In this document: positions 54,747 through 63,589 of the stretch, one piece after another
How positions within the stretch are numbered: the stretch's first letter is position 1
Layout of the letters: each line of letters starts with the position of its first letter
NCBI GenBank assembly: GCA_965222575.1
Contig: OZ244958.1
Span: 32,001 to 96,000 of the forward strand
Source: Alphaproteobacteria bacterium
Lineage (GTDB): Bacteria > Pseudomonadota > Alphaproteobacteria > G965222575
Direction of reading: 5' to 3'
DNA: 64,000 bases
The notes under the pieces: generated by a model
The model's input: only the letters and a program-made list of their open reading frames with translations
What the model was told of the DNA's origin: nothing
Database searches by the model: none
Position numbers and translations under genes: made by a program

Positions 54747-54817
54747 GCGGGTGTAGCTCAATGGTAGAGCCCCAGCCTTCCAAGCTGGTCATGTGGGTTC
54801 GATTCCCATCACCCGCT
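54747..54817 (+). tRNA. tRNA-Gly (TCC)
   Basis: GCGGGTG/CACCCGC acceptor stem; CCAGC-CTTCCAA-GCTGG anticodon arm; GGTTCGATT. CCA not encoded. Confidence 0.95.
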
Positions 54818-54854
54818 CTTTTGAGAACTAAAATAAGACGTAAGGAGAAGTAGT

Positions 54855-56045
54855 ATGGCCAAGAAGAAGTTTGAAAGGAACAAGCCGCACTGCAACATAG
54901 GGACTATAGGTCATGTTGACCATGGGAAGACCACATTGACAGCAGCTATCACGAAAGTGTTAGGGGAAAAGGGGCAAGCGGATTTCAAGGGGTATGACCA
55001 GATTGACAATGCCCCAGAGGAGAAGGCGCGTGGTATTACTATTTCTACGGCTCATGTGGAGTATGAGACGGACAAGAGGCACTATGCTCATGTTGACTGT
55101 CCTGGACATGCGGACTATGTGAAGAATATGATTACTGGTGCAGCACAGATGGACGGGGCTATATTGGTAGTGAGTGCTGCTGATGGTCCTATGCCGCAGA
55201 CGCGGGAGCATATTTTGCTAGCCCGTCAAGTAGGGGTACCCGCTATTGTGGTGTATCTGAACAAGAGTGACCAGGTAGAGGATCAAGAGCTTGTGGACTT
55301 AGTGGAGTTAGAGATACGGGAGTTATTGAGTAAGTATGAATTTCCTGGGGATGACATTCCTATTGTGAAGGGGTCTGCTTTATTAGCGTTAGAAGGGAAG
55401 TCCCCGGAGAGTGGGGAAAAGTCTATTGAAGAGTTGATGAAACAGATTGATGAGACGATACCTCAACCTTTAAGGCCTAAGGACAAAGATTTTCTGATGC
55501 CTATAGAAGATGTATTTTCTATTTCAGGACGAGGGACTGTTGTGACGGGGCGTATAGAGAGGGGGATTGTACGTGTTGGGGACAATGTTGAGATAGTGGG
55601 GTTAAAAGAGACGCAGAAGACGACCTGTACGGGTGTAGAGATGTTTAGGAAGCTTCTTGATGAAGGCATGGCGGGAGACAATGTTGGGGTATTGTTAAGA
55701 GGTATTGACAGAGAGGCTGTACAGAGGGGACAAGTTTTGTCTAAGCCGGGGAGTATTACGCCACACACGCAATTTACAGCGGAGGCGTATATTTTGACGA
55801 AAGAAGAAGGGGGACGTCATACGGCATTTTTTGGAAATTATCGCCCACAATTTTATTTTCGGACAACAGATGTGACTGGGACTATTAAGCTAGAGAAGGG
55901 GGTTGAGATGGTGATGCCGGGAGACAATGTGAACATTGAAGTAGAGCTTTATGTCCCTATAGCCATGGATGAAGGGTTAAGGTTTGCTATTCGTGAAGGG
56001 GGCAGAACTGTTGGGGCAGGCGTCGTTACAAAAATCCTAAAATAG
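54855..56045 (+). CDS. tuf: Elongation factor Tu
   Basis: [37 protein letters not shown]. Confidence 0.99.
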   Translation: MAKKKFERNKPHCNIGTIGHVDHGKTTLTAAITKVLGEKGQADFKGYDQIDNAPEEKARGITISTAHVEYETDKRHYAHVDCPGHADYVKNMITGAAQMDGAILVVSAADGPMPQTREHILLARQVGVPAIVVYLNKSDQVEDQELVDLVELEIRELLSKYEFPGDDIPIVKGSALLALEGKSPESGEKSIEELMKQIDETIPQPLRPKDKDFLMPIEDVFSISGRGTVVTGRIERGIVRVGDNVEIVGLKETQKTTCTGVEMFRKLLDEGMAGDNVGVLLRGIDREAVQRGQVLSKPGSITPHTQFTAEAYILTKEEGGRHTAFFGNYRPQFYFRTTDVTGTIKLEKGVEMVMPGDNVNIEVELYVPIAMDEGLRFAIREGGRTVGAGVVTKILK

Positions 56046-56079
56046 AGGCTCCTAAAATTCAATATCAAGGGATTTTGGA

Positions 56080-56152
56080 AGGAGTGTAGCTCAACTGGCA
56101 GAGCACCGGTCTCCAAAACCGGAGGTTGTGGGTTCGACCCCCTCCACTCCTG
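56080..56152 (+). tRNA. tRNA-Trp (CCA)
   Basis: AGGAGTG/CACTCCT acceptor stem; CCGGT-CTCCAAA-ACCGG anticodon arm. Confidence 0.9.
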
Positions 56153-56232
56153 CTTAACCTTCAGTGTGTGTAAAAGACAGTGTAGTTGCTTTTGTGAAGT
56201 GATGTTGTTAGACTAAATGGTCTTTGGTTGTA

Positions 56233-56309
56233 GGGGGTGTAGCTCAGTTGGTTAGAGCGCTGGCCTGTCACGCCAGAGGCCGCGGGTTCGAGTCCCGTCA
56301 CTCCCGCCA
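56233..56309 (+). tRNA. tRNA-Asp (GTC)
   Basis: CTGGC-CTGTCAC-GCCAG anticodon arm; GGTTCGAGT; 3' CCA. Confidence 0.95.
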
Positions 56310-56360
56310 GCTTTAGGTGCTGAGGAAGGTGAAAGAATGTAAAGTGATAAAAAGTGGTAA

Positions 56361-56437
56361 GCGTCCTTAGCTCAGTTGGATAGAGCGGCGGACTTCTAAT
56401 CCGCAGGTCGGAGGTTCGAGTCCTCCAGGACGCGCCA
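56361..56437 (+). tRNA. tRNA-Arg (TCT)
   Basis: GCGGA-CTTCTAA-TCCGC anticodon arm; GGTTCGAGT; 3' CCA. Confidence 0.95.
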
Positions 56438-56454
56438 GTTAAGGAGAGGTAGAG

Positions 56455-57045
56455 ATGAAAAAGAGTCGAGATGATACCAAAGCCCTTTCTGCCATTCGGG
56501 TGTTGTTGGAATGGATGGGGGAGGATCCAGACAGGGAAGGTCTGCAGGATACGCCTAAGCGGGTTTTAGGGGCTTATGAGGAATTTTTTCAAGGGTATGG
56601 GGTTAATCCCTGTGAAGTTTTATCCAAGACTTTTGTGAATGAGGAAGGGTATAAGGGTTTAGTTGTGGTTAAGAACATAGAGTTTTGTTCTCATTGTGAG
56701 CATCATATGCTTCCTATTATGGGTCGAGCACATATAGGGTATTTGCCTAGGGAAAAGATTGTTGGGATTAGCAAGTTAGGTCGTTTAGTGGATATATTTG
56801 CGCGTCGTCTTCAGACGCAAGAGAGGTTAACGGAGCAGATTGCGCAAATCTTGGAGGAGGTACTTTTGCCTGCTGGAGTAGCAGTATTAGTGGATGCGGT
56901 TCATCATTGTATGAGCATACGCGGGGTTTACAAGAGGAAGAGTTCAACTGTTACGACGAGTATGAAAGGGTTATTTTTGGAAGAAGCGGGTTTGAGGGAG
57001 GAATTTTTTTCCTCTTTGGGCGAGTCGCGTTCAAACGGAGTGTAG
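56455..57045 (+). CDS. folE: GTP cyclohydrolase I
   Basis: GEDPDREGLQDTPKRV, SHCEHH, GISKLGR, RRLQTQERLT, HHCMSIRGV. Confidence 0.96.
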   Translation: MKKSRDDTKALSAIRVLLEWMGEDPDREGLQDTPKRVLGAYEEFFQGYGVNPCEVLSKTFVNEEGYKGLVVVKNIEFCSHCEHHMLPIMGRAHIGYLPREKIVGISKLGRLVDIFARRLQTQERLTEQIAQILEEVLLPAGVAVLVDAVHHCMSIRGVYKRKSSTVTTSMKGLFLEEAGLREEFFSSLGESRSNGV

Positions 57046-57109
57046 CGCAGTCAGGTAGCGCACTTGTCTGGGGGACAAGGGGTCGTGGGTTCAAATCCCG
57101 CCACTCCGA
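57036..57109 (+). tRNA. tRNA-Pro (GGG)
   Basis: CGGAGTG/CACTCCG acceptor stem; CTTGT-CTGGGGG-ACAAG anticodon arm; GGTTCAAAT. Confidence 0.92.
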
Positions 57110-57219
57110 CATTTTTTTCGTTTAGGCAGCACTTGGGGTTGCGAGAGGTGAAAATTGGCAATCCAACCATGAGGGGTTGCAAGTTACTTGTATCTACTAG
57201 TATACCACATTGAACAAAA

Positions 57220-57584
57220 TTATTGCTTGCTTGTCAGATACTCTATCACCTCAGAGAGGCGCTTCTTTTTTTCTTCGTCTGTTGTTTTTGTTAATGCTAA
57301 TGCCTGCTCTGCCACATGGAGCGGTGTCTCGCCGCCCTTGTTCTTTGCATTCACATCCGCCGCCCACGCCACCACCACAAGGAATACCACAACCTCCTTG
57401 TGCCCAAAATAGTTGTGCCAAAAATAGTATGCACTATGGAGGAGCGTGCCCCCTTGTTTTTCAGATACGCTATCACCTCAGAGAGGTGCTTCTTTTTTTC
57501 TTCGTCTGTTGTTTCTCTTTCTAATGCCCACTCTGCCCAATAGAGCGGTGTCAAGCTGTATTTGTTGTTGATGTTTAAGAACAC
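57220..57584 (-). pseudogene. Two tandem remnants of ankyrin-gene 3' ends
   Basis: Two degraded copies of the tail encoding TTDEEKKKxLSEVIxYL, seen intact at 59634-59720. Confidence 0.8.
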
Positions 57585-57724
57585 AAGGGCGATATTCGGT
57601 AGAGAAGTTAAGCCCTTTCAATGGATAAGGGGAGATTATGTTCATCTTCCTCCATAAAAGGCATATAGGTGCACACAGAAATGGGCATATCACTCAGGAG
57701 AAAACAAGTCCTAGTAGCATGATG

Positions 57725-59461
57725 TTATTTAGATGACTGTGAAGTATTAAAGAAGCCCTTTATATCATTAATCCATTTTTGTACTTCTGCTTCATTACTA
57801 AACATATTATTGATTTCACATTTTTCTACAACATACTTTGCTAATCTCACCTTGTATTTTGTCAAGCATTTTAGAGCAAAAAGAGGAGGCTTCTTCTTCA
57901 ATTTCTTATAGTATGCCTTAATCTTACTAGGTAAGGAAGAATCCAGTTTACGATCCTTTAACCATTCTTGTTTTTCAGCATGCTCCCAAACCTCTTCAGA
58001 ATAAAGCATTTCAAGATGCGTAGGAAACTCCTTTTTTTCTACTCCTTGGATTCCTGTGAATTCTTTGTACTGTTTCGTTTCAGGCACAGTAAAATAGCAA
58101 ACACAGTTCTTCGTATCTGGTTTTTTCTTCACATCTCCATCTACAATAACAGCAATTTGCCTATTTTGAATCTGCTGCTTTCGAAGGGTTCTTACACATT
58201 GGTTAATATTGCTCTCACCTCCACACTCCAAAATACTTACTTTATTTTGCTTGAAAAGCTCCTCAAAAAATATCTTGTCACTTTCACCCTCTACAAGAAT
58301 AATCGACCCCTTTATCTCTTGTAGCTTCTCTTCCATTTCATTACGCTCCCTTATCACTTCTGCTAGTCGAGGTAATATCCCCATTTCCTTTTCGTACTCT
58401 TCTCTGTCTTTCTCATCTACAAATTTTGTCTCATTTTCTTCATCTTTTGAAACATAATACAGAACTCTTCTTGTTTTCTTTGAAGAATCATAGAAAACAG
58501 GCGAATGCGTTGTAATTAAGGCTTGTTGAATATTCTTTCCAACACATTCTTTATAAATTACGTTTTGAAGATTCATACAACTAGAAATCTCCAAGCTGTT
58601 CTCTGGTTCTTCATATCCCCAAATAAATGTATAAGGGGGAGAACCACGAGATTTAGTTCTTTGGCTCTGTTCCACTATAAAGGAAAGAATATGAGGAATG
58701 TGTTGGGCTTGAATTCCATCTCCTCTTTGGAGTAACTCAACTCCTGTTTCAGGGTCAAGAAACTCTAGATGCTTAAAAATTTCTCTTAGATTCTTAGGTA
58801 AAACAAGCTGGCTTTTGAAGTCTAGTGCTTTTTTAAGACTCTCTTCTAAAATCTTAGAGTGGTCTTGAATAGATTTCTCAAAGCTTTCTCCTGCTTCCTG
58901 AAAGGATTTCGCCGCAAACTCTGCTAAGGCATCATACAGCTCACCTCGCAAATGAGCAAAATATGTTCTATCTTTAATTGCTGGAATATACTTAAAGCGA
59001 ATACGCTTGAGTGCCGCACCTACTCTAGTATGTTTCCCAAGAGTAGTCTTACGCTCTCTGTCTTTTGCCTCTCTCTTTTTCAGTTCAAGGCCATATTGAT
59101 CGAATACAGGTTCGTTTTGATTTTTCCTCCATGCCTTTCCCCACTTTAGATTCTTGCTTCCTATTCTCTTGTGATAACTCTTTGGAATACTGATCTCTAA
59201 TTCCACGTAAATTTCTCTTGCCTTTTTTGATGAGTTTCCTTCTTTGTTAAAATCTATTTTGTTAAAATCTATATCAAAATTTAAGGCCTTACCTAAATCC
59301 GTTTCATCATTAAAAAATAGATTAAGAGCACGCAAAACATTGGATTTTCCTGTATCGTTCTTCCCAAAAAACAAAGAGATATCTTCAAGGTTTATTTTCG
59401 CTGTTTTGATAGACCTAAAGTTCTTGATGGTGATCTTTTGGATTTGAAAACCTTTACTCAT
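57725..59461 (-). CDS. OLD-family ATP-dependent nuclease (ABC-type ATPase + TOPRIM)
   Basis: IKNFRSI, Walker A GKNDTGKS, signature RGDGIQ, Walker B YEEPENSL, ITTHSP, TOPRIM ILVEGESD and VDGD. AT-rich relative to neighbours. Confidence 0.85.
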   Translation of the reverse strand: MSKGFQIQKITIKNFRSIKTAKINLEDISLFFGKNDTGKSNVLRALNLFFNDETDLGKALNFDIDFNKIDFNKEGNSSKKAREIYVELEISIPKSYHKRIGSKNLKWGKAWRKNQNEPVFDQYGLELKKREAKDRERKTTLGKHTRVGAALKRIRFKYIPAIKDRTYFAHLRGELYDALAEFAAKSFQEAGESFEKSIQDHSKILEESLKKALDFKSQLVLPKNLREIFKHLEFLDPETGVELLQRGDGIQAQHIPHILSFIVEQSQRTKSRGSPPYTFIWGYEEPENSLEISSCMNLQNVIYKECVGKNIQQALITTHSPVFYDSSKKTRRVLYYVSKDEENETKFVDEKDREEYEKEMGILPRLAEVIRERNEMEEKLQEIKGSIILVEGESDKIFFEELFKQNKVSILECGGESNINQCVRTLRKQQIQNRQIAVIVDGDVKKKPDTKNCVCYFTVPETKQYKEFTGIQGVEKKEFPTHLEMLYSEEVWEHAEKQEWLKDRKLDSSLPSKIKAYYKKLKKKPPLFALKCLTKYKVRLAKYVVEKCEINNMFSNEAEVQKWINDIKGFFNTSQSSK

Positions 59462-59633
59462 TTATCACCCTTATAGGCACAAAAACTACTCATTAGGTCT
59501 GAGAAGGTAGGCATTTTGTGGTTCTTAAAGCCCTTCTCATCTACAAATAATAATCATACTTACTCTCTTTCTGCAAGCTATTCCTATCCGCACACCACTG
59601 ATTTAAGTGCTACTCTACACACAAAGGCAAGAT

Positions 59634-61181
59634 TTATTGCCCCCCCTTGCTTTTCAGATACTCTATCACCTCAGAGAGGCGCTTCTTTTTTTCTTCGTCT
59701 GTTGTTTCTTTTAATGCCTCCTCTGCCCTATGGAGCGGTGTCTCGCCGTACTTGTCCTGTGCATTCACATCTGCCCCCTTCTCCACTAGGAATGCCACTA
59801 CCTCCTTGTGTCCCTGATAGGCTGCCCTATGGAGCGGTGTCTCGCCGTACTTGTCCTTTGCATTCACATTAGACCCTGCTTTCACAAGAGCCTCCACCAC
59901 TTTTTTGTGTCCATGGTTAGCTGCCTTATGGAGCAGTGTCATGCCGTCCTCGTCCTTTGCATTCACATCCGCCCCCTTCTCTACAAAGAACTCCACAATC
60001 TCCTTGTGTCCATATCTGGCTGCCCTATTGAGCGGTGTCTCGCCGTACTTGTTCTGTGCATTCACCTCCGCTCCCTTCTCCACTAGGAACTCCACCACTG
60101 CCTTGTGCCCATTAAAGGCTGCCTTATGGAGCGGTGTGTTGCCGTGCTCGTCCTGTGCCTTCACATCCGCCCCCTTCTCCACTAGGAACTCCACCATCTT
60201 CAACTGCCCCTCATCGGCTGCCGTATGGAGCGGTGTCCAGCCGTCCTTGGCCTGTGCGTGGATATCAGCCCCCTTCTCCACTAGGAATGCCATTACCTCC
60301 TTGTGCCCATTAGAGGCTGCCCTATGGAGCGGTGTCATGCCAATAATGTTTTTTGCCTTCACCTCCGCCCCCTTCTCCACAAGAACCTCCGCTACTGCCT
60401 TATGTCCATGTCCAGCTGCCACATGGAGCGGTGTATCGCCGTACTTGTCCTTTGTATTCACATCCATCCCCGCTTCCAGTAGAGGTACCACCATCTCCTT
60501 GTCCTCCTCTGAGGCTACATAATGGAGCCATGTTCTGCCTTTCTCGTCCTGTGCCTTATCTGCCCCCTTCGTTATAAGAAACTCCACTACCTCCTTGTGT
60601 TCCCCATAGACTGCAAAATGGAGCGGTGTATCGCCGCCGTCCTTGGTCTTTGCCTTCACATCCGCCCTCGCTTCCACAAGAACTTCCACTATCTCCTTGT
60701 GTCCCCTATCGGCTGCCCAATGGAGCGGTGTCCAGCCGTCCGCTATGCCGTCCTTGATCTCTGCATTCACATCTGCCCCCTTCTCCACTAGAAACTCCAC
60801 TACCTCTTTATGTCCCTTATAGGCTGGCATATGGAGCGGTGTAAAGCCGAAGCCGCTCTTTGCATTCACATCTGCCCCCTTCGCCACTAGGAACTCCACC
60901 ACTTCTTTGTGTCCATTACTGGCTGCCCAATAGAGCGGTGTTAAGCCGCCCCAGCCTGCATTCACATATGCCCCCGCTTCCACAAGAACTTCCACTACCT
61001 CCTTGTGTCCCTTCTCGGCTGCCCAATAGAGAGGTGTTCTGCCTTTCTCGTCCTGTGCATTCACATCTGCCCCCTTCGCCACTAGGAATACCACTTCCTC
61101 CTTGTGTCCCTTCTCGGCTGCCCTATGGAGCGGTGTTCTGCCTTTCTCGTCCTGTGCCTTCACATCTTCCCCTTTCTTCAT
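59634..61181 (-). CDS. Ankyrin-repeat protein (~15 repeats, no signal peptide)
   Basis: Near-consensus 33-aa GxTPLHxAAxxGHKEVVEFLVEKGADVNA repeats. Confidence 0.93.
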   Translation of the reverse strand: MKKGEDVKAQDEKGRTPLHRAAEKGHKEEVVFLVAKGADVNAQDEKGRTPLYWAAEKGHKEVVEVLVEAGAYVNAGWGGLTPLYWAASNGHKEVVEFLVAKGADVNAKSGFGFTPLHMPAYKGHKEVVEFLVEKGADVNAEIKDGIADGWTPLHWAADRGHKEIVEVLVEARADVKAKTKDGGDTPLHFAVYGEHKEVVEFLITKGADKAQDEKGRTWLHYVASEEDKEMVVPLLEAGMDVNTKDKYGDTPLHVAAGHGHKAVAEVLVEKGAEVKAKNIIGMTPLHRAASNGHKEVMAFLVEKGADIHAQAKDGWTPLHTAADEGQLKMVEFLVEKGADVKAQDEHGNTPLHKAAFNGHKAVVEFLVEKGAEVNAQNKYGETPLNRAARYGHKEIVEFFVEKGADVNAKDEDGMTLLHKAANHGHKKVVEALVKAGSNVNAKDKYGETPLHRAAYQGHKEVVAFLVEKGADVNAQDKYGETPLHRAEEALKETTDEEKKKRLSEVIEYLKSKGGQ

Positions 61182-61274
61182 AAGACCTCCGCTACTGCCT
61201 TGTCCTATATTGTCATTCTGTTAGAGTATGACTCTCTCGGGTCTCCTGTCAAGTCAAGCCTTAAGACACAAAGG

Positions 61275-62264
61275 CTATTGCGCCCCCTTGCTTCTCAGAT
61301 ACGCCACTACCTCCTTGTGCTTCCCTAAGACTGCCAAATGCAGCGGTGTTGCGCCGTTGTTAGCCTGTGCATTCACCTCTGCCCTCTTCTCCACTAGGAA
61401 TATCACCACTTCTTTCTGCCCATTAAAGGCTGCCATATGGAGCGGTGTGATGCCGTCCTTGTTCTTTGCCTTCACAGAAGCCCCCTTCTCCACTAGAAAC
61501 GCCACAACCTCCTTGTGTCCCTCTATGGCTGCAAAATGGAGCGGTGTATCGCCGTCCTTGTTCTTTGCCTTCACAGAAGCCCCCGCTTCCACAAGAACTT
61601 CCACTACCTCTTTGTGCCCCTTAGAGGCTGCAAAATGGAGCGGTGTTAAGCCGTCCTTGCTTTCCTTGATATTGATATCTGCCCCTGCCTTCACAAGAAC
61701 TTCCACAATCTCCTTGTGCCCATCAGAGGCTGCCATATGAAGCGGTGTCAAGCCGTCCTCGTTCTTTGCATGAACATCTGCCCCCTGCGCTACAAGAACT
61801 TCCACTATCTCCTTGTGCCCAAAATAGGCTGCAAAATGGAGCGGTGTCATGCCTTCATCGTCCTGTGCGTGGAGTGAAGCCTCCTCCTTCAAAAGAACTT
61901 CCACCACCTCCTTGTGTCCATGTCTAGCTGCCACATGGAGTGGTATTATGCCGCCCATGCCCTTTGCCTTCACAGAAGCCCCCGCTTCCACAAGAACTTC
62001 CACTACCTCCTTGTGCCCTCCTAAGGCTGCCCAATGGAGTGGTGTTAAGCCGTCCTTGTCCTGTGCATTCACATCTGCCCCCTTCGCCACTAGGAATACC
62101 ACTTCCTCCATGTCCCCCTTAAAGACTGCCATATGGAGGAGGGTTGTGCTGTCATACTCCTGTGCATTCACCTCTGCCCCCTGCGCCACTTCATGAATTG
62201 GTGCGCAAAAGCCTTCACTCATAGCAAATAATAAAAAGAAAAAACAAATAAGTAAACGGCTCAT
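61275..62264 (-). CDS. Secreted ankyrin-repeat protein (~9 repeats)
   Basis: Signal peptide MSRLLICFFFLLFAMSEGFCA followed by consensus ankyrin repeats. Confidence 0.93.
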   Translation of the reverse strand: MSRLLICFFFLLFAMSEGFCAPIHEVAQGAEVNAQEYDSTTLLHMAVFKGDMEEVVFLVAKGADVNAQDKDGLTPLHWAALGGHKEVVEVLVEAGASVKAKGMGGIIPLHVAARHGHKEVVEVLLKEEASLHAQDDEGMTPLHFAAYFGHKEIVEVLVAQGADVHAKNEDGLTPLHMAASDGHKEIVEVLVKAGADINIKESKDGLTPLHFAASKGHKEVVEVLVEAGASVKAKNKDGDTPLHFAAIEGHKEVVAFLVEKGASVKAKNKDGITPLHMAAFNGQKEVVIFLVEKRAEVNAQANNGATPLHLAVLGKHKEVVAYLRSKGAQ

Positions 62265-62378
62265 CCTCTCCTCGCAAAATTTCTATACATCTAGTCTATC
62301 CTTTCTTTGTAGTGTTTGCAATTAAGATAACGCCGCCACTTTGTCCAACTTGACCGCTCTGTGGAGTAAGGTTCTGCT

Positions 62379-62466
62379 CTCCTGTCAAGTCAAGCCTTAA
62401 GACACAAAGGCAAGATTACTTGCCCACCCTTGCTTCTGAGATACGCTATCACCTCAGAGAGGCGCT
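62379..62466 (-). pseudogene. Ankyrin 3'-end remnant plus duplicated downstream 33-bp sequence
   Basis: CTCCTGTCAAGTCAAGCCTTAAGACACAAAGGC identical to 61243-61275, followed by a tail encoding RLSEVIAYLRSKGGQ. Confidence 0.75.
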
Positions 62467-62474
62467 AATACATA

Positions 62475-62503
62475 TTGCAAAAACTATGAGTTTCTGATAG
62501 AGT
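62475..62503 (+). promoter_or_regulatory. Putative promoter of the relBE-type operon
   Basis: TTGCAA-17bp-TAGAGT, overlapped by a TTCTG/CAGAA inverted repeat (possible autorepression operator). Confidence 0.45.
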
Positions 62504-62528
62504 TAACAGAACTAATAAAGGTACTCCC

Positions 62529-62774
62529 ATGTCTCATACCAGAAGCATATCTGCTCAGATTCCTTCAAAGCTTGCTGAGATGCTTAATAAGGTAGCAAAG
62601 AAAGAGGAACGCTCTAAAAGCTACTATATCAAAAAAGGGTTAGAAGAATTGCTCGCAAAGAGATTAGAGGACTTGGAAGATTATGCAGAGGCTCATCAAG
62701 CCTATGAGGACTTTCTAGCCTCAGGAGAGAAGAGCGTTTCTCTTAAAGAGATAAAGAAGAGGCATGCTCTTTAA
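62529..62774 (+). CDS. Ribbon-helix-helix antitoxin (RelB/CopG-type)
   Basis: ISAQIP..L...L..VA...ERSKSYYIKKGL RHH, acidic LEDLEDY tail, VSLKEIKK; overlaps the toxin start. Confidence 0.88.
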   Translation: MSHTRSISAQIPSKLAEMLNKVAKKEERSKSYYIKKGLEELLAKRLEDLEDYAEAHQAYEDFLASGEKSVSLKEIKKRHAL

Positions 62775-63042
62775 GAGAATGTGGAGTGTCCGATTTTCAG
62801 AGAAAGCGGAGCATCAGTTTTCCAAACTCCCAAAGTCTCTACAACAGAAACTATCACAAGCCATAGAAGAGAAGCTGTGTGTCAATCCTAAATATCACCT
62901 AAAGCCCCTCCACGGACAGTGGAAGACGTATTATAGATTCCGTCTAGGAGATTACAGACTCTTATGTGTGAAGGAAGAGAAGTCTCTTTGTATTTTGGTT
63001 GTGACAATTAAGCATAGAAAAGAGGCTTATAAGAAACCATAG
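62764..63042 (+). CDS. relE: RelE/StbE-family toxin
   Basis: WSVRFSEKA..QFSKL, KPLHG....YRFRLGDYRL, IKHRKEAY. Confidence 0.9.
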   Translation: MLFKRMWSVRFSEKAEHQFSKLPKSLQQKLSQAIEEKLCVNPKYHLKPLHGQWKTYYRFRLGDYRLLCVKEEKSLCILVVTIKHRKEAYKKP

Positions 63043-63082
63043 TCCCTTGCGCCCACACTTGCGCGATATCAGAAGGTAATCT

Positions 63083-63319
63083 CTAGTGATTAGGCTGTAA
63101 CTTATGCGCTTCCTTATAGGCTTTCTCAAAATGCCCATCAAGGTATTGAAGATTCTCTAATAAAATCATCATTATCATATTAACCTCATGTACCCCATCT
63201 TTCTTCTCATCACTAGACTTCTCCTTAAGTGACAACAACAAAGCATATAACTTATCAACAACCTCTTGGGTATGAGCGCATGTTGATAATAACTCTTCTT
63301 CTATATCGTAAATATTCAT
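63083..63319 (-). CDS. Small hypothetical helical protein
   Basis: 78-aa ORF; no recognised motif. Confidence 0.45.
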   Translation of the reverse strand: MNIYDIEEELLSTCAHTQEVVDKLYALLLSLKEKSSDEKKDGVHEVNMIMMILLENLQYLDGHFEKAYKEAHKLQPNH

Positions 63320-63589
63320 CTTCTCACTAACCTGTTTTCTTAAAAGAGTACAAGATTGATACCTACATAATAAATCCTTATGCAGAGAGACACAATCAAT
63401 AATTTTCCCTAGAACTGTAACGCCAATGAACAGGGACTTTTTACGACTAAACTCTATGGCTTAGACTCAATACCCTATCATCTACAGATATCTAAAAGTC
63501 CCCACTTGAGGTTTGTCAACGAGTTACTAGTACATACTAGTATGCCCCATGGAACAGAATTATTGCGCCCCCGCTATTTTACATTGCGC

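Larger units (their letters stand above)
57181..63566. other. Accessory island (ankyrins, OLD nuclease, RelBE) bounded by a degenerate 46-bp direct repeat
   Basis: 57181-57226 and 63521-63566 match at 38/46 positions without gaps; the block begins ~70 bp after tRNA-Pro. No integrase seen. Confidence 0.55.

Noticed and set aside
54641-54853. ORFs 54641-54853 and 56907-57125
   Set aside because: They run through tRNA-Gly and through folE/tRNA-Pro respectively; spurious.
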